From contig CATNEN010000024.1 in assembly GCA_950097015.1 (NCBI GenBank), positions 5,704,001-5,768,000 of the forward strand: a stretch of DNA of 64,000 nucleotides. The letters run 5' to 3'. The position numbers and the translations under genes were made by a program. Below the pieces are notes generated by a model. The model was not told the origin of the DNA and did not search any database. It worked only from the letters and a program-made list of their open reading frames with translations. Shown one piece after another: positions 48,910-60,636 of this stretch; the stretch's first letter is position 1; each line of letters opens with the position of its first letter. Origin of the DNA: Macrostomum hystrix (Eukaryota > Animalia > Platyhelminthes).

Positions 48910-49865
48910 GATCCCTAACTTAAACATCCTGATCCTGAACTCAAAGGTCCTGATCTCTAACTCAAACATCCTGATCCCTAACTTAAACATCTTGATCCCT
49001 AACTGAGACATCCTGATCCTAAACTCAAACATCCTGATCCTAAACTCAAACATCCTGATCCTGAACTCAAACATCCTGATCCCAACCTGAGACATCCAGA
49101 TCCTGAACTCCAACATCCTGATCTCAAACTGAGACATCCTGATCCTGAACTCAAACATCCTGATCCCTAACTCAAACATCCTGATCCTTATCTCAAACAT
49201 CCGGATCCCTAACTTAAACATCCTGATCCCTAACTTAAACATCCTGATCCTGAACTCAAACATCCTGATCCCTATCTCAAACATCCTGATCCCTAGCTCA
49301 AACATGCTGATCCCTAGATCAAACATCCTGATACCGAACTCAAACATCCTGATCCCGAACTCAAACATCCGGATCCCTAACTTAAACATCCTGATCCCTA
49401 ACTTAAACATCCTGATCCCTAACTTAAACATCCTGATCCCGAACTCAAACATCCTGATCCTGAACTCAAACATCCTGATACCTAGCTCAAACATCCTGAT
49501 CCCTAGTTCAAACATCCTGATACTGAACTCAAACATCCTGATCCCGAACTCAAACATCCTGATACCTAGCTCAAACATGCTGATCCCTAGCTCAAACATC
49601 CTGATCCCGAACTCAAACATCCTGATACCTAGCTCAAACATGCTGATCCCTAGCTCAAACATCCTGATCCCTATCTCAAACATCCTGATACCTAGCTCAA
49701 ACATGCTGATCCCTAGCTCAAACATCCTGATCCTGAACTCAAACGTCCTGATCCTTAGCTCAAACATCCTGATCCCGAACTCAAACATCCTGATACCTAG
49801 CTCAAACATCCTGATTCCGAACTCAAACATCCTAAACCCGAACTCAAACATCCTGATCCTGAACA
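48910..49865. repeat. 21-nt minisatellite (CTCAAACATCCTGATCCCGAA)n
   Basis: About 45 variant copies between VPS36 and the Rel-like gene. Confidence 0.95.
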
Positions 49866-50539
49866 AGAAATAGTAATTCGATATATATTCTTACATATTC
49901 TCACGCGTATCTTCCTATTATTAGTAGGTAGTCACACATATCTCATGTGTGTGCGTGTTAAGAGTTGTTTAGAATCGAAAACAAACAAAAAATTCCAATA
50001 TTAACAATAAATTAAACGCATTGAAGCAAGTTTCTAAGCTAAAAAGTTCAAGCTTTCATCTCACTCGAACGACACTCTGCCTCAGTAGTAGCACATTCAA
50101 ATGATGTTTACGAGACATCACTCGTACACTTTGCTCTCGAAGACTATAGTCGGGAATAGAGACTTGCACTAAAGAGGCCTAAAAAACCACCTATGTTAGA
50201 TTAAAAACACAAATAACACACTCGACAAATATGCACGGATATTTATATTACAAACAAAGTCCACAAAAGGATTTTATTATATTTTCCTATGCACAAACGT
50301 CTATTGGTTTCTTTCGCATGAAGAGACATAATCACTAGAATCAAAAACTGACACGATGAACAGAGCGCTATCACAATTAAATAAAAATATTGTACGGGGG
50401 TTGCATTTGAGACCAACCAATCCTCAATTCAGATATTCTGGTCACTTTAGCACCAGAACAAGAACGAACAAAGTAACTCAGATCTTGAACTGAAATATCT
50501 GACAGATCCGATTTTAGATATTCCGTACCCAAGTTAAAA

Positions 50540-50770
50540 ATTCTGATTCCAAGCCCAAAAATCCTGATCCACAGCTAGAAACTCCTGATTCCAAGCCCAA
50601 AAATCCTGATCCACAGCTAGAAACTCCTGATTCCAAGCCCAAAAATCCTGATCCGCAGCTAGAAACTCCTGATTCCAAGCCCAAAAATCCTGAACCGCAG
50701 CCCGCGACTCCTGACTCTAAGCCAAAAAATCCTGATCCACAGCTCGAAACTCCTGATTCCCAGCTCGAAC
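50540..50770. repeat. Short ~42-nt repeat (CTCCTGATTCCAAGCCCAAAAATCCTGATCCACAGCTAGAAA)
   Basis: About 5 copies just downstream of VPS36. Confidence 0.85.
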
Positions 50771-50884
50771 TTCGGATCCATTAAACTTAATTATCTAATA
50801 TCGGTCCCGAAACGGTTTATTATGATCATAAATCCTAACAATTATTTTCGCATTATTTCCTAACAGCAGGAAAGCTAAAACAAC

Positions 50885-51797
50885 TCATTTTGCAATCTCC
50901 TCGATGGGAAAAGTGTCAAACAAGTTGGGATAAAAGGCCAGGCCCTCGACGGCATCGTCGCGGCAGGTGAGGCCGGCTGCTTCGGTCAGGAGCAGGCGCT
51001 CCCTGGCCAGAGTGACGGACAGGCCGGCAGCTCTCGACAGCTCCTGGGCGGTTAGGTGGCCGCGCTGTCTGACAGCTTCGGCTGCCGATTCCAGCGCCGC
51101 CTGCTGGTTGTGACTGGCCAGCTGCAGCACCATCACGCCGCTATCGAAGGTGTGCAACCTGACGGCCAAGTTTAATTGTTGCATAGCGCCGGCCGCGGCA
51201 ACCAGATCCTCCGGAGAGATTAGGTCGAGGCCGCGGGCTCGATTGTACAGGCAGTAGGCGTCGGTTAGGGTCATCACCCCGCCGCGCTCACGCAGCGGTT
51301 GTTCCAGGAAGTCGCTCAACTAGCAGAATGGAGATTTCGGGGATACAGTAATCTATTGCAGGCATGAATAAGAGTAATCTATAACAGAAAAGAGACTGGA
51401 GAGAGAGTAATACATAAAACAGAGTGAGGAGTAATCTTCTATAGTAGACAGGATTGAGAGTAAACGATTGAACAGGGTGAGACAGTAAGAGTTTACAGAT
51501 CTGTCTTCAAAGACACGGTGGGACAGCAATATAATAGGGACAGGGGTATATATGAGAGTATAGATTACGGGCAGTGGTATAGATGAGAGTAATAGATTAC
51601 GGACAGGGATATATGAGAGTATAGATTACGGGCAGTGGTATAGATGAGAGTAATATATTACCGACAGGGGTACAATAATAATAATTGCAGGAGGGCTGCG
51701 GGCAGTGGCACATCATTTTAGTGACACTAGACCCGTTACTTCGGTCTAGTTACATAAGCCAGCGAGCAGGCAATTCTGCCCATTTCGCTGACACCTG

Positions 51798-51849
<52 letters not shown>

Positions 51850-53478
51850 TACTGTACGCAGGCATACGCTCACACGTGTGTACATCTGCACTGACTTTCT
51901 CATCGTCAGGCAGTGTACATTTTACTGTGCCTTGGAGACTGGCCCTCAAGGGCGTAAATTGCACGACAAGCCCTCAAGCCTTCTCTCCGCGGCTGCGCCC
52001 CAAATAAATGTGGCCTCGCCGTGGAATCGAACTTAGGGACCGTGGTGCGAGAGGCTAACGCGATAACCGCTCTGCCACCGAACCCCTACGGACAGGAGTA
52101 TGAGAGTAATCAATTGGTAGAAGCGGAGGCAGTGGTAAAAATTCATTTCAGAATCCACGATATCAAACCTGTTTAGCTAGACTATTGAAATAGTGCGAGC
52201 CGCCGCCGTATTGCTCTCTAGTGATGGGATCACTGACACCCATGGCCAGCAGGTGCTGCTTAAGTTGGGCGGCTTCGTCCTCAGGCGGCGCCTTGTCGCG
52301 CATTCGTTGGGCCACGCCGCGAGTCATAGCGACCATGGGTTCGGCTAGGCGCATTAGAGCATCGAGATCGTCGAACGCCTCGGCGATGTTCCGGTCGGCT
52401 GAGCGACGCTGCTCCGCCATGCGCCGCTCAATGCCGCCGATGCCGAAGTGGCGCTGAGAGGCGGCGGCCGGGGCCTGCTTAACCCACGCCCGACTGCGCA
52501 GCGCCTCCTCCATAGCGGCCAGGAATTCAATGTCACCCGCCTGACGGAAGGCTAGCCGTATGTTGTCCAGCTCGGATTTCATCATCGGGCCGCCCTGTAC
52601 GTCAGAAATCAAGTTAAACTTTTACTGGCTGTAGGGAGACCTGAAGAACCCTGAGGAATTCAGTGACAAACAACAAAAGGAAACCCTGAGGAAGAGGATA
52701 CCAGGGACTCAGATTCCCTAAAGAAGATGGTATCAGGGGAAACCGGGGGTCGGTAAAATTTTTAGCTAGCGGGCCAAAGAGAGAACCTAAAAGACGACAG
52801 CGGGTCGCATTAACTATAGAAATATGAGATAGTGGAGAGATGAGACACAAAAGAGATGAGACACGGGAGATACGAGACACTGGATAGATAATCAATTTGA
52901 TACGGGAGACACTGGAGAGACGAGACAGCGGAGAGATGAGAACGGGAAAGATGAGACTGTAGGTGTTGGAAGGGGCAACAGGCCGGATTTGGGAACTTCG
53001 AGGGTCGCAACTGGCCCGCGGGCCGGAGTTTGCCAACCCCTGCTCTAGAGGGAACCCTGAGGAAGAGGGTATGAGGGGAAACTTTATAAAGATATGCTCG
53101 TACACTGCTAGAAATAAACTGAGGTGCGGTTATCTGTTGCTTTTTAATCTTGGAATCTTGCAACTCAGATAAAACATATCAGACACACACCTGGCGCCAG
53201 CACTGATCGGATGGATCCTTGGTGTGAAAATGCACAGCCAACTTTGCCGATTTAAACAATCCACCAGACTCCGAGCGCACCCGTTTTACGTCCTTCAAAT
53301 TGAAGGCGATGACGTCCGCCTTGTCGCGCCAAAGCACCCGGTGGGTGGTGAGTATCAGGCGGCCGGAATCGAATGCCGACAACCGTGTCTCGCCATCGTA
53401 CAATCCAACGCCGTCCTGCTGCAGAATGAGCGACTCGGATTCGCCAAGATCCGAGCTGGACCAATAGAATCTGTTCAT
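50885..53478 (-). CDS. VPS36: ESCRT-II subunit VPS36 (GLUE domain + winged helices), 3 exons, about 382 aa
   Basis: Exons 53478-53191, 52594-52169, 51319-50885 (1149 nt, phase 0/0). Motifs: MNRFYW, GVGLYDG...FDSGRLILTTHRVLW, GIGGIERR, AFDDLDALM..AEPMV, LTDAYCLYNRARGLDLISPEDL, CRDDAVEGLAFYPNLF. Confidence 0.96.
51752..52088 (-). mobile_element. SINE family A, full-length copy with an expanded internal (TG)n, in VPS36 intron 2
   Basis: Reverse complement GGTGGCAGAGCGGTTATCG...AAGTTCGATTCC head plus family-A body; (CA)n at about 51800-51846. Confidence 0.88.
52744..53042. mobile_element. hAT/Charlie-like non-autonomous element in VPS36 intron 1
   Basis: Ends are CGGGGGTCGGTAAA and (reverse complement) CAGGGGTTGGCAAACTCCGGCCCGCGGGCC. 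The right flank CTCTAGAG fits the NTCTAGAN target; the left TSD is not recognisable. Confidence 0.65.
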
Positions 53479-56050
53479 ACTGGAGATTATAAGTCAAGGC
53501 TGTTGAATTGTACCGGGAGGTCTAAGTAGAATTTTGCCTGGAATAGTTTTAGTTAATACATTCAGATTGAAGTACAATGAAGTGTTAAAAGTTTTCAATA
53601 AGTTAGAATATATAAGACAAAAAACTCTATCCTTGTCCTATCCTATCCTATCCTAACCCTATCCTATAAATTTCGTTACAATATTCACGAATCGTTTTAT
53701 AATAATTAAATCAGTAAAAGTATCTAATAACAGATACTGGAGATCCTACAGGACCCATAGACAATAATCAAACACTGTACCTAAAATTAAAAAACTACTG
53801 TAGGGTTAGTAGAAATAGATATTTTCTAAACTTCTGGAAAAAATAAACTTACTTATAAAACCATATATTATCACATAATAACTTCTCAGTTCTCAGTTCT
53901 GGCCCAAAAATATGGAATTTTGAATTGTCTCCCAACCTGAGTTTGCTGGCTCTAATTGCGTCTGGAAACTATGCATGGTGTGTGACTGTCATGACTTTGT
54001 GACTTCATATCTTCCAGGCCAAGGATCCTTTTACCTAAGTAAAGTCAGAAGTCCTAATGCCTTGGTGGCAGCACTGTACAATGCTATATACTACTTCTAG
54101 ACTTCACATTGGAGTCTATAAGATCCTGTAGTGTTCAGCAAGACAGCTGGTACAATAATAGTAGCAGGTGCACAAATAGATATATATGTTAAATCAGTCT
54201 AGAGATTAGCTATCAAAACTACTCTGGAGACAAGGTTGAAGTGATAATGCAGGTTATACAATTTCTATTTTAAATTGAGCCAATTTCTAAGGCTAATTTT
54301 GCCATTACTTTTACTACAAATTTGTTGTGGACCATCACCAGAGAAAATAAAAATAAAGGCAGTTTAAAAGCATAAAGCAAACTTAGACTCATAGACGGTA
54401 GCTTAGTAGTGAAGCATAGTAGCGAGCCCCTGAATATGAAAAATTTTTAGTAAACCTTGTGTAAAAACAGACACCTCCCCTAAGAATATTTGTATGTAGG
54501 TGCCTATCTCAAACAAGTCACAACTTGCTTGACATAAGTATGGTTTCATTTATTAAACTCAAATTTGAGCAGAAAACAAAACCTGGTAAAACAAGGATAA
54601 TAAGGGGTTATTAAAAGGTCAGAACTAAAAGACATAGAAATATATCCAGGTAGGCCCAACTGCTGCAAACTCTTGCAATTTTTTTTTCAAAATTATTGAG
54701 AAATTAGGTATGAAGCTTAAGTTGGCATAAGTTTATTTCTACTCAAATTTAGTGCCATGTTGTGACATAACAATGTCAGTGCCATTGCCAGTGTCCATTG
54801 GTATATTTTAGCCATAGACAATGCCATAATTAATCAGGTAGTTATGTCTGAAAATTTTGGCATGCATTGGTGTTGCCTACCCAAATTGGCATTCATGGTT
54901 GGCATACACTTGCCTCTAATTGAATTCTTGGCATGCACACTTTAGTGCTCAGGGTTGGCATAGGGCCTAATACATGTGTGTAGCACTTATAAAAAATAAT
55001 AGGCCCTAACAAAAAGGCTAGGCCCCCCTAACAACAAAAGAAAATTGAAAATTTTCCATAGGGCTATGGGCTATGAAAAATTTTCCATAGCCCATAGCTA
55101 CCTGCTTATCACATTTTTTGTTTTCTAACTTTCGTGCATGCGAAATGGACATTTTTAGTGTGCACTTATATTCCAGAATTTTTGCATTGATCAGACACTT
55201 TGACTTGCGATGTTCCTACATTCCTTTGCTCAATGCTAAATTGTGTTTGAGTTGGCCTAGATTTCTGCATGTGCACCATCATGATCGCATCATTGGAGTT
55301 TGTGCTTGTGGGCCTAATGCTAAAATAAATTCAAATGAAAGACAAAGGCAAAGCCAAAGGAACAAAATGAATTTTAAATGCACATTTTTATAGCTATAGG
55401 CATATATTAGTTGTTAGATGTTTAAATTTGGGCTTAGTCTAAACTTATTTTAAAGTAAAGATAGCATCAGACGAATTTCATACATGTCCTAGGTAGATAG
55501 GTTCACCAGATACGGCTACAACTGCTTGACGCATTTCCATGTTACAAAATGACACCCAAGACACACAAAATAGTCAAGTTAAGGGTACCTTTTTAGATAG
55601 GCCCTAGTCTCATTTAAAGTGTGCTTTCTCTGCTTCTTTGCGGCTTTCGTCATACCATTGACATTAAACAAATGAGTGCTGTGACGGAATACTTGATCTA
55701 TATGACATGAAATTTTATACACATCTTAACGCATGTGTGCCCGCTGCCCGCTGCGCAGCGCTCGAATAAATCTTTCTTAATTTTAAACCTGCAGACTTCG
55801 GAATTAAAAAAAGTAAAACAAAACATACAGTTTCACACGAGTGTCACCTGCTCGCCGTGACTATTTGACTGATTTTGCAGTGTGTAGTGTGTAGCAGTCG
55901 CGGGGCGAGCTCTTCGAATATGCGTTAGGAGTCTAGGACACTAGCCTTGACAGGAAGGTACGCTGGCTAATTGGCCGACATCGCCACAATCAAAGAGCTG
56001 CGGTGGAGAAAACCATATCACCATCCAGTTCAGTTAAGGCGTCCATCCGG

Positions 56051-56174
56051 CAGTGGCGGTGCAGGGGGGGGCGGGGGGGGGGGCGGGCTGCCCCCGGGTG
56101 ACCACCCCTCACCACCCTCAGGGGGTGACCACCCAACCACCGCCCCCCCAGCTGGAGGTCCTGCGCCGCCACTG
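56051..56174. mobile_element. 124-bp GC-rich MITE with 15-bp TIRs and a perfect 9-bp target-site duplication
   Basis: TIRs CAGTGGCGGTGCAGG / CCTGCGCCGCCACTG; TCCATCCGG at both 56042-56050 and 56175-56183. Confidence 0.88.
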
Positions 56175-57469
56175 TCCATCCGGTCCAGTTAAGGACGCAC
56201 GGGATTAGCCGCGGCACAAAAACATGGTATGCGGGATAAAAATGATCGATCTGTGCTATTTAATAGACAATAATATACCATGCGCTACTGAGACTAGAAA
56301 TGAAGAAAGCCAATGAAGAAAGATATGAAATTCAATTCTTTTCGACAGCCTAAAACGCAAAGCTTACTGTATAAAGTTACACGAGTCAAATGACTAGATA
56401 GTCAGGTAATTAGTATGCAACATTTTCTAATCATATTTGAAAATTAGATTATGCAACTACGATTTTTCATATTGCATTTTAAAAGCAGTTAAAAATTAAG
56501 TAATTAAATGCTTGCTTTACATTTCTTTAAATTAAATTGTTTCAAAGTATTTTAAAACGTATGCTTATCCATATACAAGTATTTGTAATTTTCTGCAATT
56601 TATGTACGTATATTGCCATGTGTACATCGTTACGCGTTTGCAAAATAACTTGAAATCTCATGACTTGTGCAAAAGAGAATGTGAATAAGGTAATATGGTG
56701 GTTGATTTGTTTGCGCACATGGAAAATAAGAAACAAATTGTTTAAAATTCATGCAGAGAACGAAGCCAAAAAGTGCGCTTTAGTTCGTTTTAATTTCTAT
56801 TGGATTGGATAAAAAATAGCAATCTTCTTGCTTGAATAGCACGTAGTCTATATTTCGCATGAGACCGAAAGCATGCAGTTGAGAAAATAAAAGGAAAGTG
56901 GACCGCACAAAATGCAACAGAGTTTGACTACGCCGGTCTCCACGCGAAAATGCAGCAGAGCTACTCGTAGCCTACTCCCTTATTTTTCAAGGGTTGCCCC
57001 AAAAGAAAGATGTCTATAGTGACACGCAAGCACTGAAAGAACAATGCATGCCGATGCCAAAGCCGCTGGGCTTCGGGCATGCGACAAAATTAAGCAATAA
57101 AAATTAGGCAGAGGGACAGAAGGCTTGCGTGCTGCTTGCCAAAGCAGCAGATAAATACTGCAGAGTATATAGTGAGGCAGTGCAGCTGAGCCAGATGCAG
57201 GGACCAGCTCGGGCACCGGGTAATGATAATATTTCGTAAAACACCACCCTCTCGCGTCCATTCCTCCTACGCTATTTAGCTGAAGGAGGGCAGGAGGAGG
57301 AGGGCTATTTAAGAGTGGAACAAAAAGAAGTTTAGAGTGTCAGACGGAGGGCTACAAACTCGCACACGCCGAGCAACTAGGTTTATGCGAGTACAATCGA
57401 CGCAAGGCAGGTAGGTTGAAAACGAAACGCAGAGCAGGCGAACAGACTGCAGGGCAGCAATAGTGCAAT

Positions 57470-59242
57470 ATGGGCAATGACCAGAGCTTCCCAGAAGGTG
57501 TTGCCAATTCGAATGGTGCAACCGGAGCCACGGACGCTACGCCGAGCGCGCCGAGTACGCCTCGACCGATACTGCGAAATCCAGCCGGCGGCAGTCAACT
57601 GAGCGATGAGAAGAATCGGCGCAGCGTGGTATTTCGTGACCAGACAGAGGACGCGCTGCGCTCAAACCGTTCCATTGTGCGCAGCAGTGGCGGTGGCGAG
57701 TCACGCGCCCAGTTCGCAGCGGGCGGCAGCGGCTTGACTCGCCTGTCGGAGCAGGTGAACGATCTGAACGGCGGAATGAGGCGACAGGCGTTCGTTGAGG
57801 CACATCAGGCGAACGGTCACGTGAGGCGTCCTGCTCGGGTGCAGAAACCCCCAGCGCCAGCCCCGCCACCTGCAACAGTGATGCAGAAGCAGCAGACAAG
57901 CGACAGACCGGATGATTCAGCGCCGCCAGTAGACGATAGCAGAGTGTCTCGAATGCGAGAATACGTCTTCGCATTGGCAGAGAAGAGGGGGAAGAGAGGC
58001 AAAGATGATTCAGAGTCTAGCGGGGGTCGGCTATATGATCCCAGCCAGGAGCTGCCGACTGTCACCGAAGAGAAAGAAGAGCGAGACGACTCAGCGCGGA
58101 GTGGCCTATTAAAAGCGGACTCAAACGAAGCTCTCAGGGAAGAAGTTAAGCAGGAAATCATTCGAGACTTGTTGAGCAATCCGTCCTCGCCATCGGAACG
58201 GCCACAGGAGCAGCAGCAAGCGAATCATACGGAGGTAGACTCGTCAAGCAGTTCGAAAAAGATGAGCGATGCTGAGAAAAATCTGCTTATCTCCGAGATT
58301 CGGCAACAGCTACTGGGCCAGCAGCCGGCTCCAGCCCAAAGAGACTACTCAGACGGGAGTATACCTGAGCCAGACTACTCCGAGGATGAGCTCTCATCAG
58401 GACCCGAGGCGACGCGTCCTCTGCCAAGATTCGCTTCTCAGCTGGAGATGCAGACAGTCGGGTTGGGCAACGGGCACTACCGAAGTCCGCTGCAGCCCAG
58501 GCGCTTCAAGGGTCCCGCACCAGCGCCGCCGAACGCACGGTACAGGCGAAGCGGTGGGCCACCTGTTGTTCGCGAACCCTACCAGGCCCAGTGGGAGGAG
58601 CCGATCTACGCCTACGACGGGCCGCAGAGCGCTGAGCAGAAGCTGCAGGAGCAGATGGAGAAGGCGTACGATGATCGCTACAGGCAGAAGAGTAGGTCGA
58701 AGAGTAGGTTCGGCGACAGTTGGAAGCGCATGACAGCCAGTCTGAGCAAGGCGTTCGGCCTCGGCAGCAGCGGCGCCGGAGGAGCCGCAGCCGGCGGCGG
58801 CGGCGCGAAGTCAGGTGTGGTGCGCCGCTCCTCTGTCCGCGATAGCACATTTGAGCGACCAACCGACCAGAGAAGTCTTCAGCAATCGCAGCTCAGCTTC
58901 AACGGCAGTCGGTCAGGCAGCGTCTACAGTCTGGCCAGCGCGGAGATGCCCCCGACTGAATCACAACACCAACTTCCTCAGCAGCATCATCGAGCCGCAC
59001 TACCAGTTAACATCTGGCGCGACGTGGCGCAGGCGAATCACGACCAGATGCTGCACACAAGCAACCCCGTGTTCGGCTATAGCCAGGCTCCCTACGAGAC
59101 TGCGCCTATCGATCGAACTATCGACAACGGGAGCGGCAACTCAGAGTCGACCTGGGCGTCCAGGTCGCCAATAGCCCGAATCACAGTGCCGCCATCGAAT
59201 GCGAACCGGGTGAACTCAAAGGGCGAACAAACTTACCTGTAG
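57470..59242 (+). CDS. 590-aa largely disordered protein, putative membrane-anchored signalling adaptor; apparently intronless
   Basis: Uninterrupted non-repetitive ORF with exon-like GC content. Motifs: MGNDQS (myristoylation consensus), Pro-rich PAPAPPP, IPEPDY, EPIYA, C-terminal QTYL. Confidence 0.8.
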   Translation: MGNDQSFPEGVANSNGATGATDATPSAPSTPRPILRNPAGGSQLSDEKNRRSVVFRDQTEDALRSNRSIVRSSGGGESRAQFAAGGSGLTRLSEQVNDLNGGMRRQAFVEAHQANGHVRRPARVQKPPAPAPPPATVMQKQQTSDRPDDSAPPVDDSRVSRMREYVFALAEKRGKRGKDDSESSGGRLYDPSQELPTVTEEKEERDDSARSGLLKADSNEALREEVKQEIIRDLLSNPSSPSERPQEQQQANHTEVDSSSSSKKMSDAEKNLLISEIRQQLLGQQPAPAQRDYSDGSIPEPDYSEDELSSGPEATRPLPRFASQLEMQTVGLGNGHYRSPLQPRRFKGPAPAPPNARYRRSGGPPVVREPYQAQWEEPIYAYDGPQSAEQKLQEQMEKAYDDRYRQKSRSKSRFGDSWKRMTASLSKAFGLGSSGAGGAAAGGGGAKSGVVRRSSVRDSTFERPTDQRSLQQSQLSFNGSRSGSVYSLASAEMPPTESQHQLPQQHHRAALPVNIWRDVAQANHDQMLHTSNPVFGYSQAPYETAPIDRTIDNGSGNSESTWASRSPIARITVPPSNANRVNSKGEQTYL

Positions 59243-60636
59243 CCCTTTCTGCTCTTTGGGAAGTTTCCATGTCTAGCAGAGCTCTAACCTGAAGTGCAAC
59301 ACAGGTCTTTCATGGCTTTCACTTTCGTGTATTTGAACAGTATAGAAAGCCCATGGGGGTATTTTAAATACCAACCTTTTGTATTTCCCAATATATTTAA
59401 TCAATCGCCATGAAAATCCAGAATACGGGCTATCCGATGAAACAACTTTCAGAATCCCAAAACACCGCGGCATCGTAGAGATATTCAACGATTTTCGTCG
59501 GGGTGTTTTGTGGCAAAAACCACCAATATAGGCAATTTTTCTGCTTACGAAATTTTATCATGTAACCATGTCGGCTATCATTGTTGACTATATTGAAACT
59601 ATCATATTGTTAATTATTACAATATTGACCCAATATGGATATGCCATCGAGGTTTACACAGAGCAATCTTAGCTGTCCTTGTTACCAGGGTCTTCAACAT
59701 GAATCGCTGATTATCTCGACGATGCTGACGTCGAACGGCTTTGAAAGTTAGTTCATCGTAAAGGGCGGAAAATGTAGATCACGAAAATCAGTCATTCGGT
59801 TTGGGTGAATTGTTTGCAGTGATTAGTACGTTGAAATACCCCGTTGTCCTTTCCTGGGGTGTAATATAGTGTGGTCTTTCTGCTGTTAGGTGTAGTCTTA
59901 TTGGTCTACTTTCTGTTGAATGATACAATTAAGAAAAAATAACATTAATAATATTTTCTATTTTAAACACAAGGAACTGGTTGCTTAGCTTCTGAAATTC
60001 CTGACTATTTGCTCAGATTTTTGTCGCTTTTTCGCAATTACTTACGGATTGGTAAGGACAAAGCGGATCAACAATGAGTCTCTGAAAATGAGTCTCTGAT
60101 TAGCATGGTGCCGGGGCGATTGTGAGTGTGCGAGCCTGCAGAAAAAAATGTGAAACAAATACAATCGTCACACCCAGCCTGCCTTGCCACAAAGTCATAA
60201 CATTACTCAGCTATATTGTTTGATACAGATTGCTTCTAATTTGAAGTATGCTCTCATGGCCAAGCTGAGAGATGTAGCTGTCTTAACTCACCCTGGGAAA
60301 AGCTTTTGTCCGTACAGTGTCAGTGACGTACAGTTGCTTTTCTGCTCAGCTTTTCTATCGCGTTGATCAAATATGCATTGAAGCCAGCCTATACTTGTAT
60401 ATTTATAATTCACGCATGCATGTGTATAGAAATACCAAAGGCAGAAACCACGAGAACTTTAAGAAAATATATTATTACCTATACAAAGGCGTAATTTATT
60501 AAGCAAAAAAATTTGAAAATTATTTCTTTTTTAAATCCTTTCTTTAAGTTTAAAATAATATTAAAAAAATGATAATTTATTATTCTTGCCCCAATTGGGC
60601 CAGATGGGCAGCCGATAGAACAGCCGAAGGCTGCGT

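Noticed and set aside
45336-49873. Repetitive ORFs (DSDSLKLNE, ISAILISQL, MFEFGIR)
   Set aside because: Translations of the 27-, 27- and 21-nt arrays.
52010-52088. tRNA gene (also 13536-13590, 23297-23370, 60765-60830)
   Set aside because: No complete cloverleaf or acceptor stem; each is attached to a repeated SINE body.
59228-59242. Perfect minus-strand donor (CAG|GTAAGT) overlapping the end of the 590-aa ORF
   Set aside because: No open minus-strand exon frame upstream; probably coincidental.
59620-59770. Minus-frame YDELTFKAVRRQ resembling a PIF1/Helitron helicase motif
   Set aside because: A single weak motif with no adjacent helicase motifs.
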